Below, piece by piece: positions 14,048-27,991 of a stretch of DNA of 64,000 bases. A program made the translations under genes and the position numbers. This stretch comes from the human T2T-CHM13v2.0 reference genome, Homo sapiens, in the NCBI RefSeq assembly GCF_009914755.1, contig NC_060927.1. One strand, given 5' to 3'. Positions within the stretch are counted from its first letter, which is position 1; the number at the start of each line of letters is the position of its first letter. Below the pieces are notes generated by a model that saw only the letters and a list, made by a program, of their open reading frames with translations, searched no databases and was not told the DNA's origin.

Positions 14048-14633
14048 CGGGGGAAAAAAAAGGAAGAGATAGAGAAGAAAAGGAGGAAAGAAAAGAAGGT
14101 AGGAAGGGAGAAAGGAGGGAGGGAAGGAATTTGTTGCGTCTAAGAGAACCAGTCATCAACAGAGCAACAAATACTGACTGAGTGTCCATATGTAATGGGC
14201 AATGGGCTGAATTCCAGGGGAGGGAGTGAAGGAGTGGGGATGGTGGGCAAGAAATGAATCTGATCCAACTACTGCTTTCAGTAAATTCACATTAATTTAG
14301 AGCCAGACAAGATATAAAAATACATAGCTCTCATATGAGAGAGACAGAGCTACTTTATCTACATCTATCTTCTTATTTAGACTGTGCTTTGTGCCAGAAA
14401 GTGTTAATACATAAAACATAACAAGGGAACATAATTTAAAAGAAGGAATAAAAGGAAAAAATAAGGGTAAGGGCATAAAAAAGGGGCCAGGAATGAGACT
14501 AAACTACGAGAACCATAAATATACATATAATGAGGGTGAACCCCAAATTTGACTCCAAGCTTTCTAACAGCTTCCAGGACAGGAAAGCCTGGGAAAAGGC
14601 CCAGTTCCTGGTGTCCATAAAACAAAAACTGAC

Positions 14634-14764
14634 CAGTTGCTCAGGAGTGGTTTGGGCATCTCTCCCGAGGGTCCTAATTGAGAGAGCGCTGTGTGATGAA
14701 ATGAGCCATGTCCCCCTAACACCTCTCCACAAGGGTCCTCACAGGGCGATGTCTTATGATGCCT
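14634..14764 (-). pseudogene. Exon remnant (131 nt, phase 0>2)
   Basis: Weak acceptor, donor TG|gtcagt. Open: RHHKTSPCEDPCGEVLGGHGSFHHTALSQLGPSGEMPKPLLSN. Confidence 0.35.
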
Positions 14765-14844
14765 CTCAGTGTAGGTGTATGGCTTTCCTCCTCCCCACCC
14801 CACTGCAGGGGTACAGCACAGAGTAACATGTGGTATCGGATTAG

Positions 14845-15372
<528 letters not shown>

Positions 15373-15692
15373 TGAGCATCTTGAAAGGGAGAAATGCTGG
15401 CCAGTTCAGAGATAGAGGGAAGGGGTCAGATTTGGACAAGTGGAGAGAGGTTGGGGTGAGGGAGAGCATGCTAAGTGAGCAAAGGCAGGTTGCGCAGGGC
15501 TCAAAGAATAGCAAATATTTGGTGACATAAGACTGCCCTTTTCCTCCTCTCTGCCTCCATGAGCAGGAGTCAAAAGGGCGCCCTAGGACTCTGCGTGCTC
15601 CTGTCTTGGCAGGAGCCCAGCCTCTCCAGAGGGAAAGTCTAGGCCTTTATTGCAGAGTGGCCACAGGAGGACTGAGGCAGCTGTGTTTACAG

Positions 15693-15875
15693 CAGTGGTC
15701 TCAACTAGAGGCAGCTCTGCCCCAGGGATATTTGGCAATGTCTAGAGGCGGCTGCCAATTGTCACAGTTGGAGAGGAGGCGCTGGTGGCATCAAGTGGGT
15801 AGAGGCCAAGGATGCTGCTAAACATCCTACAATGCACAGGCCCCAAATGTTAGTTGTAGAGGTTGAGGAACCCCG
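15693..15875 (+). mobile_element. MER20 (hAT-Charlie)
   Basis: atttggcaatgtct; gggtagaggccaaggatgctgctaaacatcctacaatgcacagg. Confidence 0.9.
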
Positions 15876-16117
15876 GGTTAGGGACAATCCTTAAGATGAT
15901 GATGGTGATGACCACGCAGGATGGTGATTCCACTTACCCACGCTGCCAGTGACAGGACTCTCACCCATTTCCTCCCATGACCCCCACGCAATGTGGACGG
16001 TCACGATGGAAGAGGAGGTTGAAGCCTGGAGAGCAGGAGTGACTTATTCAAGATATGTTTGAAGCTGGAGTGTTTGTTTCTTCTCACTTCTCCTCCTCTT
16101 CCTCCTCCTTCTTGGCC

Positions 16118-16678
16118 GTCAGTGTCTGACTGATCCTTCCCTCCACAGCCTCCTATGTTGGGAGAATTTCCTAATGTACAAATCTAGAAGCTGAACAGGA
16201 CAGACAACTCACTTACCCCATGTTCCTTGAGGCCTAAGTGTGGGCCAGTGAGCCTTACTCACCTCCAACTTTGAATCAGGAGCCAGTGACGGCAGTGAAG
16301 CTGGGACAGGGGCAAATTCTTTCCAGCCACTGTGGTGGTAGTGGTGACGGTGGTGATGGTGGTGGTGGTGATGATGGTGGTGGTGGTGGTGGCAGCAATG
16401 ATGGTGGTGGCAGCGACATCCAGCATCCACCATGGGCAATATCGGAGGTGCCTGCTGAGCTCTCTGGGCTTTGTCAGGGAGAAGGCGGCAGCCCTGTCTC
16501 TGGGCTGGTTCTGTGGCTGTGGTTCCAGCTGCACGGGAACCTTTTGTTTCTTTTAGTTTTCCAGTCCTGCGGGCCAGCCGCCTTGTGAGCTACGTGATAC
16601 CCTTTCACAGCATTCCTTCTTAGCTCCTATCAGCCGGAATCAGTTTTTGTGGCCTTCAGTGAAGAACCGTCACTGACG
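16118..16678 (+). mobile_element. LTR33-like (ERVL) LTR with internal (GGT)n expansion
   Basis: actttgaatcaggagccagtgac and 3' gtgagctac...aagaacc...ctgac resemble the LTR33 consensus as I recall it; triplet repeat at 16332-16410. Confidence 0.65.
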
Positions 16679-17915
16679 CGCTCTGTGCATGGCCTTGGGC
16701 TTCTCCGGAGCTCATTCTTGCTTCGGGCGTTCACCCTCTATAGAGCTCAGACGTAAAGTGAACGGGGTCCGTGCGGGGTCCAGTCAGAGTCTCAGCTACT
16801 GCTCAGGAGCGCTCGCCTCCTCCACGAGGCTCTCGGTGCATTCATGTCCTCCAGCTCCTTCTTCCCTTAGGGCGAGTGCTCTCTGAGAGGCTTCTCTGCT
16901 CCCCTGCCCTGATGCCCTCCTTGGGCCATTGCTTTCTAGTTTGCCAGATGAACCCAGGTATGTATGAGTTCTTCCTGTGGATACAACTTGAATTTCCTTC
17001 CCAGAAGCCATGTTAATCCCCACAACACCTTCATTCCTAAGATCCCCTGTCTTAGGCTGGGACCATTCATTACGGCATGTGAATTTGCTGCTGCAGCCGA
17101 GCAGGGATGGGGACAGTGCAGTCACCTGGCAGCTCAGCCCCAGACCGCTGCTCAGAGAGGCCAGCAGCCTGTGGTTGCCGAGGAGACCATAGAGGGAGCT
17201 TCCAATCTGCTGGGAACGCCGGGGCTCCTTCTCAGCCCCAAAGGGAAGCCCAGCAAGGTTCAGATGAGTGGCACTCTATGCCTGGAGACTTGCACCCACT
17301 TCTCAGTGAGCTCCGAGAGTCGTGTGGCCTGCCTGTCCCCTGGAGCAGGTGGAGTCGTATTTCTTGTGGGCACTGGGACCTGGCATGCAGCCACAGGCTG
17401 TGGAAGGCAGTATGACACCAAATCCTTCCCTTGTGATACCCAGGCCACAGAGACAGAACAGGAAAGACAAGCTCCGGGAGCCCTGGGGAGGGGCTCAAGG
17501 ACATCCCCCGGGCCATAAGCCTGGAGGGAGGTGCCTCCACCCCTGCCCGTCCGACAGACAGCCCATCAGCTCTGAGCTGCAGAAAAGCCAAGGCAACCCT
17601 GGCAGGGTCTGCGTTTACTTCTTTCACTTGCTTCTGCTCGGGGTGGAGGAGTGGGACTGGGGAGGCCAGCGGAGCCTTCCAATTCCTCCCCAGGGCAGAG
17701 GGGGAATGGAAGTCCTGGCGGTGGAGCTGGAGCTCCGCATCCTCCTGGCCCTGCTCAGTGGCTGTGGTGAGGGCCCCATTCTAGCCTGTGGTGAGGCCTT
17801 TCTTCCCTCCTGAAGTTCCCCCTAAAGCTAGTTCTCTTCGTTTCTCTCATTAACGGGTTCTCCCTTTTCACGTCGAGATAATTAGAAATGGCTTTCCCAC
17901 CCATCCCAGATACAT
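16678..17915 (-). pseudogene. Large (about 1.2 kb) exon remnant, frameshifted
   Basis: Acceptor catctttttag, phase 1, opening [21 protein letters not shown]. Long abutting minus ORF pieces; CpG-rich 3' part; 3' boundary uncertain. Confidence 0.45.
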
Positions 17916-17999
17916 CTAAAAAGATGTTTGATGCAGCCTTGGGAAATCGTTGTATTGTCTTTGGTATGCCGACTTGTGAATATTTATAAGGGCAAATCT

Positions 18000-18295
18000 G
18001 GTTGGGAGCGGTGGCTCGTGTCTGTAATCCCAGCACTTTGGGAGGTCAAGGCCGATGGATCACTTGAGCTCAGGAGTTTGAGACCAGCCTGGCAAACATG
18101 GTGGAACCCCGTCTCCACTAAAAATACAAAAGTTAACCAGGCTTGGTGGTGCACACTTATAATCCCAGCTACTTGGAGGTTTGAGGCAGGGGGATCTCTT
18201 GAACATGGGAGACGGAGGTTGCAGTGAGCTGAGATTGTGTCACTGCACTCTTGCCTTTGCGACAGAGTGAAACTCCGTCTCACACACACAAAAAA
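18000..18295 (+). mobile_element. Alu (Jb/Sz-like)
   Basis: Full dimer; degenerate TSD ...caaatct. Confidence 0.92.
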
Positions 18296-18309
18296 TATGG
18301 TCAAATCTA

Positions 18310-18700
18310 TTAATCCTTGCCTTTATTGTAACTGCTTTTTCATGCCAAGAAAGGCTTCCCTTGTCTCAAGATTACATTAACTGTCTCTATGTTTTCTTAT
18401 GTTTCTCTTCTGAAACCAGCTGGAATTAATATTGGTCCACAGAGTGAGATGGAGATGGAACATTATTTTTTCCTAAACAGCCGTTTGCCCCAGGCCTGCT
18501 GGTTGATTTCTCCTTTCTTCACTGATTTGCTATGTCAACTTGTAATAAAAGAACATTCTTATGTGTTCTTGGACTTTATTGTCTGGCTGCGTGTATTGAT
18601 GTGTTTCTTTGTTTTGGCATCATTTGTTTCAGGGACATTTGCGAAGTCAAAGCAAAACACAACTGCTTTAACTAGTTGGGCTTCTTTGCAAGGCTGTACA
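18310..18700 (-). mobile_element. Old L1M fragment
   Basis: T-rich, with degenerate antisense motifs of the L1 ORF2 3' region. Confidence 0.6.
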
Positions 18701-19942
18701 ATAAAAACCATCAGCTGTTGAGAATGCGACAGGGGTTGTTGGGGGTAGAGGGTGGCCTGGCACGGTGGGTGACAACTACTAGTCCTCCCCTGCTCGGCCA
18801 GCTTGAAGAGCGGTGACAAAAATGTCAGGCAGAAAGCCAGAGGAGGCCAGGCTGGGAGGACTTGGAGAAATCACCTTCTGGCCCAAGCTTTTTACTTCCC
18901 AGCTATGGCACCTGAGGCCCAGAGAGGATAAACAAGGTCCCCTGTGGTGGAACTTGGATAGGAACTCAAAGGGATCGTCCCCTGAGCTGTTTGTCCTGCA
19001 TGCCTCTCTAGTTCTTGCCCTTTTCGCTGTCACCTGGCCAGCGACCTTGGCTTTAGCATGCCTCTCTCTGGTCTCCATCTCCTGTCTGGTTGACAGAACC
19101 CCTCAGGGTGAGGTTTATGTCACTTCTCTATTAAAAATCCTGGCTCAGTGATTCCCCACTGAAGTCAAACCCAGCCTGATGTTTAAGGTTTTTCACACTC
19201 TGGCACCCAGCTAAATGATCTCATTTTTCTCTTACATAATTTGTTAGCTCCAACCAGACAGACAGACACTGTCAGGTCCTGTATATTTCCCTCTGAACCC
19301 CTAATTGCCCTTCCTCTTCCTGGATTACCACCAAACCACACCCACTCTTCAAAGCCTAGTCCAAAGGTTAGCAAAGTTCTCCCAGTTCCTGAAAGATTAA
19401 GTCGGTTGCCCAAATTTCTCTTCCTCCATGGTGCCCAGGCCAGAAGACGTCTCTCCTTCCCCCGGATGACACATTTCCATGGAGGCACCGCTTTTCAGGC
19501 ATGTAACACTCTTTGCCTTTGTTGTCTGGCTGCTTCCTAGATTGTGCCCTCCTTGGGGACAGAAGCTGCCGTTCACATGTGTATCTTCTGTAGTACCTTG
19601 CGTTGTAGGTGCTAAATAATACATAATATAATATGCAGTATGTGCGAAATGATATAGGACAAGTAAATAAATAAAACATTTCCCCTCCCTACCACTCTCA
19701 GAACCTTTTATTACTTCTCATGAATTAGGATGAAATGTATTCCCAGGTTCCTGAATGACTTAATAAGCTCACCAAAGCACTGTAGATTTTTAGAGAGTTA
19801 GGGAAAGGAGTTGATGTACAGAATTGCAAATGCAATTCTATTTTCAAAAAGAGAGAGAAGATACACTCTGAAAACAATGATATAAAAGGCTGAAGTCCAT
19901 TTTGGACAAAATTTTAGACTGTATTATTAAAAGGATGCATTA

Positions 19943-20230
<288 letters not shown>

Positions 20231-20942
20231 TTAACACAGGTTCGTGCGGAATGCATGGTGATGCTAATGCACTGAAGACTTATGTGGCTCTCACAATATT
20301 TCATTTAACCCTCACAACAGCTTTCTGAAGAAAAGTTTGTGCTATTATTATATTCATTTTATGGCTGAGAGAACTGATTCAGAAAGGTTAAGTTGCCCCA
20401 AACTGCACAACTATGAATAACAAGTAAGACATGAATCCAGGGCCTTCTCTTTCCAAAGCTGGAGCTCCTTCTGTTACCCGGTGCTGCCTCTCTCAGGGGC
20501 CTGACATAGGGCTTGGCAAACAGTGAGTATTTAATTTTAGTCCTCCTCATTCTATGTCATAATGTGATAGGCCATGGACTGAATTATTCCACGTGGTGCA
20601 AGAAAGTAGCCAGTTCTGTCCTGGTCTAAGCTGAGCCATCCATGCCTGGGCCACGAGACCTAGAGGAGTCGGGTGAGCCAAGTTAGGTCCTGGGCTGGCC
20701 GCCTGGCTATCTTGCTTCTCTTGTAGGATAATGGCAGCTGCCTCATAGTGGAGGTTGTGACGATTACGTGTGGTAATGCAGAGAAAGCAAGGAGCACAGA
20801 GTCTGGGGCTTAGAAAGTGCTTGACAAATGCTGGTCTCCTTGTCTCCAGCTCTAAACACCAGAGGGGCTTGCCAAAGTGGACCGTGTTCACACAAGGGCC
20901 TCAGGGCAGCGGCTCAAATCCCTCTTCCTCGAAAAGCATCAC

Positions 20943-21086
20943 CTGGAGATGTTCAGCCTGGAAAGCATTTGGAACCCAAAGCCCTGGAGCTCTGAAACAG
21001 TGTCCTCCAAACTCCTTCCAAAGCTGCCTGGTACCCAAAGGCTTCCTGGAGCTCACATTTTCCCCTGGGCACTGACATGGCTTTTT
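20943..21086 (-). pseudogene. Exon remnant (144 nt, phase 1>1)
   Basis: Acceptor ttttatctaactggcttag, donor CAG|gtgatg. KAMSVPRGKCELQEAFGYQAALEGVWRTLFQSSRALGSKCFPG*TSP. Confidence 0.45.
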
Positions 21087-21778
21087 CTAAGCCAGTTAGA
21101 TAAAATAGCAAAGGTCTAGAAGTGAGTCATTTGTGATTACTGATTTAATAATTTTTTTAACTCTAAAAGTGAAAAAAAAAACCCAAACCCCAAAATTGAC
21201 CTCTAATGTAGACAGCTCTCTCCCAGTATTGCTTAACATGCATTCATAAATGTTGATACATTGTTGGGGTTTTCCCTCAAAACAAAAATCTGGGGTAACC
21301 CCTCAAGTGATTAGCCTAGCAGGACTGAGAGGCCCTGCCCCCCGTTCTCCTTGTGGGCCCTTTGCACCGCATGGCTGTTCACAGCCACCAAAAGCCTCAT
21401 GTGCCTTCTGAGTCCTCTCCCAAGCACCCAACCTAAGTTACCAGAGGACTGGGAAGGAAAGGTAGGAGAATCAACCCCCCTCCCATCTGAGGGAGCCCAC
21501 TCTAGGCATGTGATGCATTGCAGGATCAATGGCATATTGAAAACATCATAAAGATAACGCGTGTGCATCTTCTCCAGACACCCCTTCTTGCTAATCCGCA
21601 GAACACAAGACGGAGTGTGTTGCATTCCTTAGAGATGGAACCATTGCCTCTTCAGTAAGGAGAGACTTTCAGCCCAAGAACTACATTTGGGGAGGCCTGG
21701 TAGCTACCCAACTTCACAGACTCTCAGCTCCATAGTGTCGCTGGAGTCTTCCCCAGCCTGTCCTGAATATGCACTCAC

Positions 21779-21964
21779 ACATACGCATTCCATTAAACCG
21801 CACTTGGTGTTTTACAAATAACAGGACTTCTTGCACTACACAGCTTAATACCCTCACTGCCAAACCTAATTATCGTAGTAACTCAAGCTCACACTAAAAG
21901 CGAGAGATGGGTCCACTTTAACCTTATCATGAATTAGTAAGTTTTCCCTCTGGAGATCCCTTCC
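21779..21964 (-). pseudogene. Exon remnant (186 nt)
   Basis: Acceptor aacattttcag, donor GT|gtgagt. GRDLQRENLLIHDKVKVDPSLAFSVSLSYYDN* then a probable frameshift. Confidence 0.45.
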
Positions 21965-22182
21965 CTGAAAATGTTCACTGAAGGTATTTAGGCCGAATTA
22001 ACTATATTTATTTTAAGATCCTGCATGCAGTGAGTGTTCAGGGCTTTTGTTTAGAGTAAATGAGGTCATCGCCTGCCTCATTTCTTCCCTCCCTCTCTCT
22101 CCATGTCTGGTGGGGTCCCTGGTCAGGGAAATTGTGTGTCCCACATAAATGCCTCTTGGAAATTAAGTTGGAGCTAAAATAG

Positions 22183-22504
<322 letters not shown>

Positions 22505-23061
22505 CCACTGGACTTTTTTGAGACCCAGCTCTGCCACTGGCAGAAGCCCTGTGATCCTGATAAGTTACAATCTCTCTGAACCTTATTTTTTTTTCTGCAA
22601 CATGAGGATTCCTGCCTATCTCATTGAATTGTTGCAGGTATCAAACGAGGAGAAAAAGCAAAAAGCCATGGCAGTGCTTCATAAACTCTGAACTATCATA
22701 AATGTAATCTCTTTCTGTTAAATGACCCTGGTTATAAAGCAGATTGCATAAGAAGTCTGCCTAGGTGTCAGGAGCTACCCAGTTTCTACTTGAAACACTG
22801 AAAAAAAATCCTTTCACTGAAAAAAAATCCTATCTTTCGGCTTCTCTGGTCCTGTTAGACACAAAGAGTTCTATTAGCAAAATAAGATGAAAGAAAATAA
22901 CATGACTAATAACCATTAATAACATTATCGATAACCATAATGAAAACATTATTAATACCCATAATGATAATGGTAACAACTCGTATTTATTGAGTGCTTC
23001 CTATGAGGCCGGCACTGTCCCAAGCACTTGGTATATGTTTAACTCACTGATTCCCCTATTC

Positions 23062-23245
23062 TGCTCTGCTGGAGCTGGCCAGCGCAGGTTTAGGAAAGCC
23101 GTTCCTAAGGATCCAGGGTTCTTTTGAGCCATTGTCAAACCATTCATAAGTGAAAGTCAACCATGGTGGGAGTATTTACACCAGGGTAATGTGCAGATGC
23201 TACAAATCGAGGCTATTTATTTATGGAGCCCATTTACTAGGAATT
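23062..23245. mobile_element. MER63-like (hAT-Blackjack)
   Basis: ccatggtgggagtatttacacca...gctacaaatc motif. Confidence 0.75.
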
Positions 23246-23387
23246 AGATAGTTTCCTTTTTTTTTTTAACAGTTGGGAAACTGAAGTCGAGAGATTAGAT
23301 GAAGATAGTAATGATTCCTCCAATGTTGGAATATTCTGTGTGGGTTGCTGATTCTTCTCTTCCTCCTCTTTCTTCTCCTAAACCTAC

Positions 23388-23796
23388 TGTATGAGTCCAT
23401 TTGTGTTGCTATAAAGGAATACCTGAGGCTAGGTAATTTACAACAGAAAGAGGTTTATTTGGACCATGGTTCTGCAGGCTGTACAAGAAGCATGGCGCCA
23501 GCATCTGCATCTGGTGAGGCCTCAGGCTGCTTCCACTTATGGGGGAAGGCAAAGGGGTGCAGGCTCCACATGACAAGAGAGGAGGAAAAAGACAGAGGAG
23601 GCAGGTGCCAGGCATTTCCTAACAATCACTTCTTTTGGAAACGAATAGAGCAAGAACCCACACATTACCAGAAGGATGGCACCAAGCCTTTCATGAGGGA
23701 TCCGCCCCCATCACACCTCCCAGTAGGCCCCATCTTCAACAACGGGGATCAAATTTCAACATGAAATTTGGAGACAAAAATATGCAAACTATATCA
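23388..23796 (-). mobile_element. MSTB-like MaLR solo LTR
   Basis: tgtatgagtcc...gctataaaggaatacctgag...aaactatatca. Confidence 0.9.
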
Positions 23797-24265
23797 TCTT
23801 CCATTTGCTGTTTATCTTCCTCCATGATTATTTTATTAGTAATAACAATAACAAACCCATTTCTCATATTTCCTATAGTTCAGACATTTGTGCTGGGAGT
23901 CTTGAAGCCTTGGACTCCCGGTTTCTAGCCTCAACAGTTACACAGGAAGAAAGACATGTAAACGAGTGGTTCTCAATCCTGGTTGCACATCTGAATCGCC
24001 CAAGAAACTTTTTAAAAACGCCAACAGCCCTTGCCCCCTTCCAGACGTTGACCGAGCTGATTTAATTATCACCATTTCTAAGGCCCAGAGAAAGAAGTAA
24101 CTTGCTCAGAGTCACACAGCAACTTATTGCTGAGTGAGGACTAGCACCCAGAATTTTACATTTTGAGTTCCAATTCTTTTCTACTACTCCCACCAATCAG
24201 TCAATCAACTTTTGATGGATTCGTGTCTTGCATACAGCAAGTGCTCCATGTAAAAAGCAAGCTTC

Positions 24266-24577
24266 AGCCAGGCATGGTGGCTCAAGCCTGTAATCCCAGC
24301 ACTTTGGGAGGCCAAGGCAGGTAGATTACTTGAACCCAAGAGCTTAAGACCAGCCTGGGAAACATGGCAAAACCCATCTCTACAAAAAACACAAAAATTA
24401 GGTGGGCATGGTGGTGTGCACCTGTAGTCCCAGCTACTCAGGAGGCTGAGGTGGGAGGATCACCTGACCCTGGGAAGTTGAGGCTGCAGTGGGCCGAGAT
24501 TGCACCACTGTACTCCAGCCTGCGTGACAGGAGTGAGACCCTGCCTCAAAAAAATAAATAAATAAATAAAAAGATAA
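24266..24577 (+). mobile_element. AluJb
   Basis: J diagnostics; TSD taaaaagcaa(g/a)cttc. Confidence 0.93.
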
Positions 24578-24658
24578 TAAAAAGCAAACTTCATGTGTGA
24601 ATTAATCTTCAAAAGATATTCATTCCTCAGGAAGAAATTCCTTCTCAGCAGGACTCAT

Positions 24659-24774
24659 CCGAACCATGGCAAGGCGACACAAGTGAAAGGCATGGACAGA
24701 CCACATGATTTGCTCAGTCAATGGAGCTTTCAAAATCACTTGTCAAAAAATCGCCTGAGGAGCACTGGAAAGTT
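24659..24774 (-). pseudogene. Exon remnant (about 116 nt, phase 1>0)
   Basis: Acceptor ctcattttttacag. LSSAPQAIF*QVILKAPLTEQIMWSVHAFHLCRLAMVR. Donor seemingly mutated (CGG|atgagt). Confidence 0.45.
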
Positions 24775-25667
24775 CTGTAAAAAATGAGGCCCGGAGAGGC
24801 AAAGACATTCAGCAAGCCAGTGTGCCAGGGAGTGAGTCCCAGCCAAGGACTCCTCCCGCCCCACCGCACTGCCCACCTCCCATACAGCCCTGGGGCCCCA
24901 CTGTACATCCAGCTGCCTCCTAGGCTGTTTTCCCCTTTTCTCCCTCCCTCCCCTCTTTCATCTGTCAAATATTTAATGACCCTACAGCACAGGTCCTGGA
25001 ACTTAATTAGTGCTCAGTACATATTTATTTTGGATGAATAAATAAATGAGCGATGCATTCCTCACAATTCTGGGCTCTGGGAGCTACAGAGGTGAGTGAG
25101 ACACGGCCTCAGCCCTCAAGATGCTCAATGTCTAGGATGCGTTCGGAGGCACTGTGGGCTGGAGGAGGAAGCTCCGGCACTGCAGAGAGTCAAGTCTGCA
25201 GCAGGAGCCTGGCTCTGCACGGAAAGTGCCAAAGGGCTTGACGAGTGTGAGCCCAGCTCCCTCTTCACAAAGTGAAGATACTCATGCCTGCATCATGAGG
25301 TTGCTGTGGGGTTTAAATGACATTACATGCATAAGCCACCTCGAAAGTTGTACAGCACGTAGTAGAGATGTGATATTATCATTCGTACCTTGGACCAAAA
25401 CTTGGAGAGCAAAAGAGCTAAGACAGCAGTCTAGAGCAGAAGCTTTGTCCCAAGTGATGGCTTGTCTCAAGGAGAAATCTGTATCATTCCTTGTGACATC
25501 CTCTGAGGCCCTTTCTTCCTGCCCCACTGGTCTGCCCCTAGCCCAGATGCATTAGGGCTGAGTCCCATAGGCATACTCACTGCCCTGCTACTCTCAATGT
25601 TTCAGAGATGCTCAGGTATTCCTAAATACACATAGACTGGGCCAAGAGGCTCCTGGCTTAGACTTAC

Positions 25668-25716
25668 CTACTAAATCTTTCTCCACAGCACTGCCCAGCA
25701 TGTTTCCTTACTCAGA
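25668..25716 (-). pseudogene. Exon remnant (49 nt, phase 0>1)
   Basis: Acceptor (TG)n-ttctag, donor TAG|gtaagt. SE*GNMLGSAVEKDLV. Confidence 0.6.
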
Positions 25717-26357
25717 CTAGAACACACACACACACACAGACACACACACACACACGTCATTCTCATTTCCCTTTCAGGAATACACTTCTCTAAAATAAAA
25801 ATGTCCAATTTCATGCACAATCTCTGCTGGGCGTTTTGTGTGTGCACCTTTCAGCTGCCGCAGTGGTTAGATAGGGGTCTTGCCAGTGGGTTGCCTCCAC
25901 CGACTATACACACACTATATTTTATTACTGTACTGTACCCATTTTTTAAACTGCCACTGTTACAACATTAACTACAATTTTTAAAATATGTTTGTGTGTG
26001 TGTGTGTTTATAGTGTGTTTTCTAGTCTTAGATTGTAAGCTTCTCGAGGGCGAAGATCCTGTCTGCTTTATTTATTAGGGATCTTCCAAGCACAAAGTCT
26101 TAAGAACAGGCAAGAAATGGGTGTTGACTGAAGAATGGGTGAGCAGTCTGGGCTGGCATTTGCTCAGAGCTGGGTCAAGCGCCTCAGACTCTGAGGCCTC
26201 AGTCTGCACGCGAGTTCTGGGTTGGGTTCCAGTTGAACGGACCACGCTGGAGTTCTGGCCTCCAAACTGAGAGCTCACCCAGCTCACCCCTGGGACTGCA
26301 TGTGATGAGCTACTGCAGATAATATTAGGACTTACATTTTGTTTATTTTTACCTGAG

Positions 26358-26368
26358 AAGAAGGAAAG

Positions 26369-26431
<63 letters not shown>

Positions 26432-26453
26432 GAAAAAGAAAAAGAAAAGAAAG
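26358..26453. repeat. (GAAA)n microsatellite
   Basis: Read directly from the sequence. Confidence 0.95.
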
Positions 26454-26503
26454 TAAGTTAGTTCCAGATTTTCTAGTGTTGTTTGTTTATCGAGTAGACT
26501 TAC

Positions 26504-26634
26504 CTTGGTAGGGAACAAACCAGAAACAGCTTCATTTTTCTTCCAGTGCTGCCTTCAGACATGCTTTTCTGGATATCTTTTTCCCCTCCTTGATGATATC
26601 TTAGAAGATACCTCAGCTTTCTGGTTACTTCCAG
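26504..26634 (-). pseudogene. Exon remnant (131 nt, phase 1>0)
   Basis: Acceptor cgttttgtatag, donor AAG|gtaagt. GSNQKAEVSSKISSRRGKRYPEKHV*RQHWKKNEAVSGLFPTK. Confidence 0.6.
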
Positions 26635-27582
26635 CTATACAAAACGGTCTCCGGTTCAGGTATTAAACAGCTTAGGCCAGTCTGAATCGAAACTTCTAAC
26701 TCCCATGCAGTTGAGCACTCTTTCTCTGCCTGACCTCAGGCCCGCCTGTGGCTTGAGGACCGGTGACAGGGAATGGGAGAGAGGGCTGGTCTTCACTCTT
26801 CCTTCGCTCGCTCTTCATGTCTTTCTCCCCTCCCGTCCCCAGCTCCTCCAAGTTGGGGGCAGAGGGGAAAGGGGCAAAGACTCGCATGATTGGTTGTGCT
26901 GTTTTAATCTGGCTACTGGTGCCTTCTGCTGAAGTGGGCATCCCCCAAGTCCTGTCTGTTCCACAGGACATGTCTGTGTGTTCTTTGGTGATGTCCCTCT
27001 GCCTCCTCCTCTCCCAGGGGGAAACCCACACCCGGCACTCACTGTCCCTGTCACTAGCAGTGCATTGTCTTGTAAAACTCCCTCCTTAGCTCCTGTACGT
27101 CTCTGTTTTTTTTTGTTGTTGTTGTTTGTTTGTTCGTTTGTTTTTGTCATTGGATTCTCATCAGCTCTACAGGCTACCTCTTGGGAGATGTCCCTCCAGA
27201 GGGCTCACACCTGACAGTCCTCTGGACCATCCACTTGGCCCATGGGGACTCAGGCATCCTTGCTCGGCCAGTCCATGCCAATGCAGGCTGCTCCCACCTC
27301 TTCTCTCGTGCTTGACCTGAGTCTCAGGCAGCCCCAGCAAGCCTCCCACCTTCACAGTCTCTGGATACGTGGAAGACTCCAGCTGTCATGTAATCTACTT
27401 TCCGATACTTTGGGATGCTTGTCAGTCTCACTCCAGACACTTCTCTCCCCACACTCCACTGAGACAAGGTGATCTCAGGCAGCTCAGCAAGCCTCAGGCT
27501 GGGGGCAGGTCTGTCACTCCCTTTCTTGCACAAACTCCCCACCTTTTTGAGTCCCCTCACTGGGCTTGGAGTAGGTAAGTAC

Positions 27583-27841
27583 CTCCCATTTCCTTTCCCA
27601 TGGTTTGCAGAGGAGAAAGCAAAAGACTTCCCTACTTTTATGAATTCCCCAATTTCAATGAACTTAGACATTTCTGGGTTTGACTTATCTAGGCTAGGGG
27701 ATTTGGCAAACTCTGGATGAGTCTTGCTGCCATAATAAGTCCCGCCTGAACATGTTAGCAGCTTTTTTAGAAAAAACGTGGGGGCACTTATTCTGCTTTC
27801 TGTCTGTTGCACAACAAAATTTGGTAAATAAATAGAACATG
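27583..27841 (-). pseudogene. Exon remnant (259 nt)
   Basis: Acceptor catctctttcccag, donor GAG|gtactt. Phase-1 frame open for 85 codons (CSIYLPNFVVQQTESRISAPTFF...GKGNG). End phase conflicts with the next exon. Confidence 0.55.
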
Positions 27842-27991
27842 CTGGGAAAGAGATGCTCAGAAATTTTTACTGAAGAAAATATTTTCCATTCAAAAAAGCT
27901 TGGAAACTATTGGTCTAGGGAGCAGTTGCAGAAATACATGTTGTAACATGAAAACCAGCTATAATAAAAAATGTTTTTGAAAACACAAAAC

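Noticed and set aside
16209-16439. Poly-His ORF (CHHHHCCHHHH...) ending at a GAG|gtgagt donor
   Set aside because: It derives from a (GGT)n expansion inside an LTR33-like element, and the donor also lies in the LTR.
16690-16800. Stops being one C>T change from CGA/CAA/CAG as evidence of decayed coding sequence
   Set aside because: True of every stop codon, so it does not discriminate. Not counted as evidence.
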